Assembly (NCBI GenBank): GCA_964016885.1
Contig: OZ024743.1
Coordinates: 42,842,001 to 42,906,000, forward strand
Source: Eledone cirrhosa
Lineage: Eukaryota
Direction: 5' to 3'
DNA length: 64,000 nt
Shown here: piece by piece, positions 55,819 to 64,000 of the stretch
Position numbering within the stretch: position 1 is the stretch's first letter
Layout of the letters: every line of letters begins with the position of its first letter
Notes under the pieces: model-generated
The model's input: the letters and a program-made list of their open reading frames with translations, nothing else
Told to the model about the DNA's origin: nothing
Database searches by the model: none
Program-made: the position numbers and the translations under genes

Positions 55819-57557
55819 GCATGTGTGTGGGTGTGTGGGTGTGTGTGTGTATATGTGTGTAGCTGCAATTCTGTGTCTATCCGTTTGTGTGTGGGTCCAT
55901 GTAACTGACAGTGTACTCCGGATTCCCAAGACTTTCCGTCTGTCAAATGAATATCACTAACAAGACAATGTTCGATACTTCAATCCATGTGTATTATGTG
56001 TATTAAGGAAATACTTCGCTAAGTTACCACATAGTGGCTAAGTGATCTCCTTAACAACCCAGATACTATATTGCACTACTGCTGATTTATATAGATCATG
56101 TCTTACTTTCATTGCATACAATCTCATATCATTTGTTCTGCATGATATTGCGCAACTTTGTTTTCTTAGCTCTTAGCATATTTCCAGCACAAATGACAAA
56201 TTAACATCTTCAGTAAATCATATTATAGTATTGCAGAGAGAATCCAGTCAAAAAAACATTTACAAAATATAATTATAGATTAGCCTTGAGGAGTAGAAAT
56301 GATAGATGAGACAACTAGCTCATCCAATTCGCAAATATAATTTCTTGGTTCACCTTATCAAAAGTAACAAACACAGATAACCGGGAAGACGACTGGGAGT
56401 GTTTTCGGTATTCTGTTGAAATTTCCCCAGATGTTTGCGTTAGAATTTGATTTTTTCACACACGATACTGGTGAATAAGAATATTAGCTACATGTTCATT
56501 AATATTTCAATGATTATCACCATGGAAAAATCAATGTTTTCGTTAACATTCACCGAAACAGTATTCATTGTACCCAAATCAATAGCATTCATACAATTCA
56601 CACGAACACGTGTTTAATGGAGCACTATTTTGTAAATAAAGGACGGGTTACTCATTCGCGAAATTATTAAAATTATATGGACAAATTCCTTCATCCCTTA
56701 CAATATTTTGCAAACAAGATCTTACATTATGAACAGAAGATTGATACACAACCACATAAATGGAACCTATCATCATGTGTTTACTTTCAATGCATTGGGA
56801 ATCTAGCAAAATAGGTCACTTAGATGGTGTTAACATATTCACTCGCCAAAACTTTGAATATCGCCTTGAATATATGACAACGAACACGTGCCAAATGAAT
56901 TGAACATAAAGCAAGTATATCCCAGTAACAGCACCTTAAACTTCAACTGAGACACCGCATATACATATATATATATGTATATATATAAATACAAAGGGTA
57001 TATATATATAATTAGATATAGTCACAGATACATATATGAGTTTGGCAACCATTCACGGTGTGGCTCAATGAAGAGTTAATTAAATAATTATTGATCAGAG
57101 TTATATATAAACATGTAAGTCCAAAGAATCATTAGATAAATTATATACAGTATTTCTCTCCCAATCATTATACATTAACTACATAAAAAATCATTTAAAC
57201 GAGGCTATAAGTTTAAAATATACTTATGAAGAAATAATAGACAAATGATACAGATTATTTTCCGCGATGTACAGCCATATGGCACTTATCTAATTATTTC
57301 TTCTAGCCTGTAGAAATTGACTAGATAAATAGTTAACTACACGGAATTAGGTACAAAATAGAAGTTTGAAGAAAAAATGCACATAAATTTTACCAGAATT
57401 CTTCCACCGGTGGAATCGTTCCACTTTTGGATATACCAGGTCTTGGATAAATCCACGAGGCTTGGAACTCATTAGGAGATACCTCAGACTGGACTAAGTT
57501 TCTTCAACCATGATCCCCGCCAGAAATGAATTCAAAATGGCCAAGAATCATCACGTG

Positions 57558-57619
<62 letters not shown>

Positions 57620-57625
<6 letters not shown>

Positions 57626-57880
57626 TAAGTATGTATACGTACATACATATATGTATACAGACGTACAGTAGTATGTATATATACATACATGCACATATAC
57701 ATATATGTACGTATGGATTCACCGAACATTTATTTTAATGCTCGGTGTGTTTGTAAACAAACATCCCGAATTAAGCCGTACAGTGTCTAGCAACCATCGT
57801 TGCTCATTTGTTCAACACTGACAAAGGAACGCTGTACTAGTTTCAAGCTTATTAGCTATCGTCAGCAACGTATACCTTCC
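57620..57880 (-). mobile_element. Second copy of the 10981-11815 mini-element, with HHR at 57830-57870
   Basis: cgttg-CTGACGA-tagc taataa gctt-GAAA-ctag-TA-cagcg plus a homologous downstream block. Confidence 0.85.
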
Positions 57881-58000
57881 TATATATATATATAAAATTT
57901 CAGGTTATCAATAAAGAAGTGATAATATATCGTCACGTTAGAGATGAACAGCGTACGTGTAGGTTTGCTCAACGAGTATAAATTATATTCCGGAGAAAAT

Positions 58001-59626
58001 GTAGAAAAGATGAATATAAAATGAAAGTGCTTTTTTTTAATGCCGAATATTATGATGATGTACTTGGGAAGGCTGGACACCTAGATAATATAGAGTATAT
58101 AGTCGACGATCACCAAAACACCCAAAATAAATCTCATAGAGGTAGAAATTGCATAGAATCACCACCATACATACACTACCGCAATAAACACACTAATAGT
58201 AGCACACCACCAAACAGAAGGCGATGTAAATAGTATATATGGTACAACCCGGTCTATAAGAACTCTATTAAAACCAATCTACCCTCACAATTCTTTCGAT
58301 TAGTTAAAAAACACTTTCCAACATCACATAAATATAATAAAATCTTAAACCCTAACACTATTCAACTTTCATATTCAACCGCCCCTAATATTGAACAAAA
58401 TATAAAAAAGCTTAACGCAAAACGGTTGTATAAACGCCTTCCAACACATAACAATTCACGTAAAAGATCAGCTATAACATCACAAAACAACAAAAAACAT
58501 CCCGTCCTGCCTAAGCAACCTCATCAACCCATCCATGCCAATACAACAACGCAAAATTATAACTGTAACTGTGTCCAACCAGGAATGTGTCCGTTGAAGA
58601 ATCAGTGTCTTGAACGCAACATCTTATACAAATGTACTATCGAATCGGATAATCAGAAGTGGTACTATGTGGGGTCTACATCCATCTCCTTCAAATCTCG
58701 CCTTTATAGACATCGTTACTCGATAAAACATGAAAACCAGCGTTATGTAACAACACTCGCAGACAAGGCTTGGCAGCTGCACGAAAATAACCAACAATTT
58801 AACCTAAAATGGGATATAATAGCTTCTGCCCCTCCATATGCCAGGACAAGAATTTTGTAAATTGCGTAATATGGAATTATTTTGTATTATGAAATCCAAA
58901 AATATTTTATTAAATAACAGAATAGAGCGATCGTTATACTGTAACCATCGCTTAAAATCTACATTTTCATATTACAAACACTACCAGGATTGAACGCCTG
59001 TCTCCATCTCCGTTTGATTGTCAAAATACATATTAACATTCTCTATTAGTCTTAATTCTATAAACTCTTCTATTCTTTACCATTTAATATAAACTGCTAT
59101 AGATAAAATGAGATTTCTTAATTCAATTCCCTAATGCATATACCAGCATTGTTGTTATTCAGTAGCAGTGACAATCTCCCTCTTCCTTAATTGATACTTT
59201 ATATTTAATACTACTACACCAAACGACCAGCCCTGTCCATTGTTCAATTGGTCAAGTATAGATTAAAATAGGCGCTCCCAAATATTCTTATTTAGATAAA
59301 ATAAACCATATACTCATTGTATTCTCATTAGAAAACCTTTATATACTTGTTTACCAGTAAATTGGATTGCCATCTGTTATATACTCTCCCCTCTCTTCTT
59401 CCTTTATTACAACTAATATAAATACTTCAAATTTTCTGATTTTTTCCAATTTATCCAATATCTCTGAAGAAGTGACAACTGATTATACATTTGCTATCGA
59501 ATAATTGCTCACATTATATGATTACACAAGCAGCGATACATAGGTATTCCGTCTGTTACAGAAACATATGACGTTACCTAATAAATTCCTTTTTAAAAAA
59601 AAGCACTTTCATTTTATATTCATCTT

Positions 59627-59631
<5 letters not shown>
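58001..59631 (+). mobile_element. 5'-truncated Naiad-type PLE with a short inverted 3'-end copy at the 5' junction
   Basis: Pseudo-ORF 58035-58993: YYDDVLGKAGH..IWYNPVYKNSIKT..KHFPTSH..SYST..CNCVQPGMCPLKNQC..LY..YVGST..FKSR..H..CKL..CNH. 58001-58040 is the reverse complement of 59593-59631. HHR-like CTGAAGA (59464)..GAAAcatatg (59561). Confidence 0.88.
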
Positions 59632-59705
<74 letters not shown>

Positions 59706-59718
59706 TATACGTATATAT

Positions 59719-59774
<56 letters not shown>

Positions 59775-59810
59775 GTATATATACACACACATATATATAT
59801 ATATATATAT

Positions 59811-60040
59811 AACGGAGGAGCTGTGGTAAGGAACCAGATGGACCATAACGCACCAGAGTACTCAATACTTAGGGTAGTAGAGTGGGTAATAGGAGAGAGT
59901 ATAACCCCGACGGCAGAGCTGAAGCCGTTTCGATGGCTATTTCTGGAATAAAGGAAGAGTTTTAAAAAAACTCTTCCTTTAGTCCAGAAATAGCTGTCGA
60001 AACGGCTTGAACTCTGCCGTCGGGGTCATACTCTCTCCTA
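59811..60040 (-). mobile_element. Tail plus about 75-bp-arm hairpin copy of the 12797 family
   Basis: ataggagagagtataaccccgacggcagag..gaagagtttt / aaaactcttcc..ctctgccgtcggggtcatactctctcctat. Confidence 0.88.
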
Positions 60041-60196
60041 TACACACATATATATATACTTACATGTATATATGTATACATATATATATATACATATATA
60101 TATATATACATATACATATATATATATATACATATATATTTATATATATGAATATATATATATACACCCCCCACCAACACACATATATATATATAT

Positions 60197-60309
<113 letters not shown>

Positions 60310-60404
60310 TATACATAAAACCGTAGAGCAAATATTGATTATTGGTACAGCAATGAAATACTGCTTAAACCTTTAATCTGTACTACTATTATTACTACTA
60401 GTAG

Positions 60405-60487
<83 letters not shown>

Positions 60488-60702
60488 TCTGTAATTCTAA
60501 AGAATTGATGTTGAGATTAGACTCGTCCAGCGTCTTTTAGAGCTATTGAGAGATAGAGACTTGATAGTTTTATGACCCTAATTGAGGACAATAGCAGTCG
60601 GCGTGTTTCGGCTGCTTAATCTTCATATGGGGGAGAAAATTCTAGTGAGTGAACATCGTTAAATGTTCTCCCTCATATCAAGGATTTGAAGACAATTCAT
60701 TT

Positions 60703-60776
60703 TGACCTGACGAGATCAGTGATAATCGATCATGGTCGCACGATCGATCTATCTCTTATTGAAACATATGTCGTGA
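60703..60776 (+). ncRNA. Hammerhead-like motif (weak stem I)
   Basis: CTGACGA (60707)..atcgatc/gatcgat hairpin..GAAA-catatg-TC. Confidence 0.55.
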
Positions 60777-60840
60777 TTAAAATGATTGGAAATTTATACC
60801 ATGTCTTCGGATCTTTATTTTGATATATAATTTATTGACT

Positions 60841-62005
60841 GGTTAATTGTATAAATTTATTTTAAAAACCACGCTGTTGAGAGCTTATTCGATTTGTGGT
60901 ATTTGTGCAATTGTTTACATGGTATACACATACTGAATTCATTTGCCAAAATCTGGGGTTCTTTCCCCTTGTGAATTCCACACGTGCTTTTACGCGCCTC
61001 TATGTCACTCACAAAATTCGTACAGAGCAACATCCCTGTTGATAACGTGATATTCCTTGTTCGACCATTATACCTAAAGCTTATATTTTTAAGCAGTCAG
61101 TATTTTGATTTAGGTGTCATAGAAACTCTGCATTTGGATTTTAACATCAATTCCAAGGGGTCCAGGTCTGTGTTTTCTTTATCATTTATTTTATTTTGTT
61201 TTGACCTGTTTTAGCTTGATTTGCTTTTTGGCTTAGGTGGTTAACGCTTTCTTGACCACTATTTCAGTTTTATATGGCTTCTTAACATATTGTTTAGCTG
61301 TAGTTTTTTTAACTATCGAGCGCTTGCCAGTATCATATCTAATTTTTGCGTTTCGTTTCGCCATTTCTACCCGCCGAAATGCGATTCTCGCTGAATCCAT
61401 ATTTGTATTAATCTTCCGTGTCTTACAATTAACTTGTTAATAATTTTTATTGAGAGGTTAATTGTATATTTTTATTTTAATAACCACCCTGTTGAGAGCT
61501 TATTCGATTTGTGCTATTTATGCAATTGTTTGCATGGTATGCACATACTGAATTAATTTGCCAAAATCTGGGGTTCTTTCTCTTGTGAATTCCACACGTG
61601 CTTTTACGCGCCTCTATGTCACTCACAAATTTGGTAGGGAGCAAAATACCTGTTGATAACGTGATATTCCTTGTTCGACCATTATACCTAAATCTTATAT
61701 TTTTAAGCAGGCAGTATTTTGATTTAGGTGTCATAGAAACCCTGCATTTGGATTTTAACATCAATTTCAAGGGGTCCAGGTCTGTGTTTTCCTTATCATT
61801 TATTTTATTTGACCTGTTTTAGCTTGATTTGCTTTTTGGATTAGGTGGTTGACGCTTTATTGACCACTATTTCAGTTTTGTATAGCCTCTTAACATATTG
61901 TTTAGCTCTAGTTTTTTTTAACTATCGAGCGCTTGCCAGTATCATATCTGATATTTGCGTTTCGTTTCGCCATTTATACCCGCCGAAATGCGATTCTCGC
62001 TGAAT
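60841..62005. repeat. Tandem duplication, period about 615 bp
   Basis: 60841-61396 matches 61456-62005 with scattered substitutions; ends in (TA)n. Confidence 0.9.
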
Positions 62006-62870
62006 ATATATTTATATATATATATATAGCAGGAAGAGAGTCTTAAAGTTTAGGACTCTAGTCTTTCCTCGGGATATACAATGAGAATTTACAGAAGAAA
62101 TAAAAATATATATGAGATTGGGCGGTGGCAGAAAATAAAAAAAATAAAATAATTATTTGAGGAAAAACTCGATGGAACGACGTACAGCTCAGGGATCGGT
62201 AGAGTGTACTTGGAGAAAGAGTTACAGAGTCGGAGAGCATGAGCAGTGGCGTTGATGTAACTCGGAAACTTTCTTTGAGCCTCCGTTGCAGGCGATACAG
62301 CGCGTTTTTGTAATTTAGAGATGTAAGTATATATGGTTGATTCTCTCTCATCGATGATTCAAATTGACCATTGAACATCACCATCTACATGGTGAAACAT
62401 GGTTTCTTAAGCCATAAAGGAATTATGTACGAAATAGTAAAATAGTTATTTAATATGCCGTATGTGCCGTTTTATATTTTTGTTGAATTTCACTATACTG
62501 CTCATTTGTAAGTATATGTTCTTACATTCTTTGTAAATTATCTCCTGTTTTAAATGTCTGATATATTTCTATGTATGTCATTAGCTTTTGAATGTATATT
62601 TCTTCAAATGAAACATTTCTAGTCCTCTAGAAGCTATTTCTATATTAAATTATATATATTACATATATATGTTTTAAAAAATTAGTCAACTACATATCAA
62701 TGAATAATATCGCTTAGATTATATTTCAGAGAAGCTTATAAATACAATACAGAACTATTTCAAATAAGGTTCAGAATTGCTGGGCTGATAAAGTTTCTTT
62801 ATCTTAAAGTAATTTAACGCGGTTTTCGTTTTAGTCAATTCTAAGCCTTATTTGAGACAGTTATATAACA

Positions 62871-63051
62871 GGCGGTGAATTGGCAGTATACGTAGAGGGT
62901 TGGTCGACATGTTTTCTAGCATATTTCCATCCCATCATGGTCTGAGTTCAAAACACGTCGAGGTAAACTTTGCCTTTCATCCTTACGGGGTCGATAAAAT
63001 AAAGTACCAGTAATGCACTGGATAATTGCAGACCTTGTACCAACAGTAGAA
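62871..63051 (+). mobile_element. tRNA-SINE with 11-bp TSD
   Basis: Same family as 18934; TSD acagttatata. Confidence 0.85.
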
Positions 63052-63532
63052 ACAGTTATATATTTCGATTTGTAAGCGATATTATTTGTTGAGATCTAAT
63101 GTGTATAACCAAATAAACTTTACATATAAACTAATTCCTTCTCCTTGAATGTCGAGTTGATAGAAGTTTTCAAATAACTGCTATTTCTAGTAAAAATGTT
63201 ATTCTCGTCACATTGCCTGTAGTGTACAAAGTTTTACCTTGTGCATTATTGTGCACCATTAATTGCGGCAAACAAGATAAATATATTATCCCTCTCAACA
63301 GAAAATCCTCTCTAATGAACAAGCATGTTTCTAGCGGAGATAAACCATCTTAATTAATTGAGATGGCAAATTGTGTTATTTTAGTTTGCTAAAAACCATA
63401 GATTCAGATAACTTGACAAAAATTTGCCTATTGGCTGCTACGCGTAAAAAGGTTTCTCTATTTTAACGTACTTTACTGTGATCTTCCATTTAGACAATTA
63501 TGAGCCTTATTTGAGATAGTTCTTGACACACT

Positions 63533-63615
<83 letters not shown>

Positions 63616-64000
63616 AGTTAATATGCCCATGGGTACTAAGTACCCCTAGAAATATATAGGTTGTCTATGATTTAAGGTTGTTCTATGGTATTAATTTGAC
63701 ATACCACAACTATAATATTAAGATGACCAGAACAAGCAAAATTCAACCAATTTTTTTAAATGGGCATATTAACTTCTTTTATCCAACTCCGTTATGTTGA
63801 GAACAAACCTGTTGTTTCTATTTAGCTGCTATTTTTAGTAACGAGATAGACAACACGCCTATGGTTTTCCCGCTTTCACCTCGGGCAGTTCACGTACGGG
63901 TCATTTTTCGACCTTTTAGATCCGTGCTTGCTGGCGGATAACAATATATTTTATCGTTCCTGGATCTTTAGCCCTAGGAAAGGAAAATGCTTCTCTGATG

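Noticed and set aside
62058-62384. 108-aa minus-strand ORF
   Set aside because: No recognisable domain or splice context.
63995-64000. CTGATG at the window end as another HHR
   Set aside because: Truncated by the window edge; cannot be evaluated.

Overview
AT-rich, gene-poor eukaryotic (animal) DNA. The SINE families resemble those of octopod cephalopods; this is inference from recalled consensus sequences. I can support no intact host gene, and nearly all ORFs in the track are microsatellite translations or antisense frames. The window is a patchwork of retroelements sitting in (TA)n tracts. Penelope-like elements (PLEs) are the main group: a Naiad-type RT at 1-1140, Naiad-type GIY-YIG 3' ends at 27.4k, 48.6k and 58.0k, a Neptune-type RT+GIY-YIG copy at 25.0-26.9k and a Neptune-type EN fragment at 43.5k. 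There are also two mariner relics, two non-autonomous Helitron-like elements, Tx1/L1 and RTE relics, and tRNA-SINEs with clear target-site duplications. Main signal: more than a dozen hammerhead-ribozyme (HHR) motifs and about 15 fold-back elements. Most share one asymmetric layout, (TA)n - tail - arm - loop - inverted arm - (TA)n, and some are non-coding, circularly permuted 440-615 nt units. This points to an ecosystem of small, mostly ribozyme-bearing non-autonomous retroelements mobilised by (TA)n-targeting PLEs, with snap-back or template-jump integration that in one case appears to have copied flanking host DNA.
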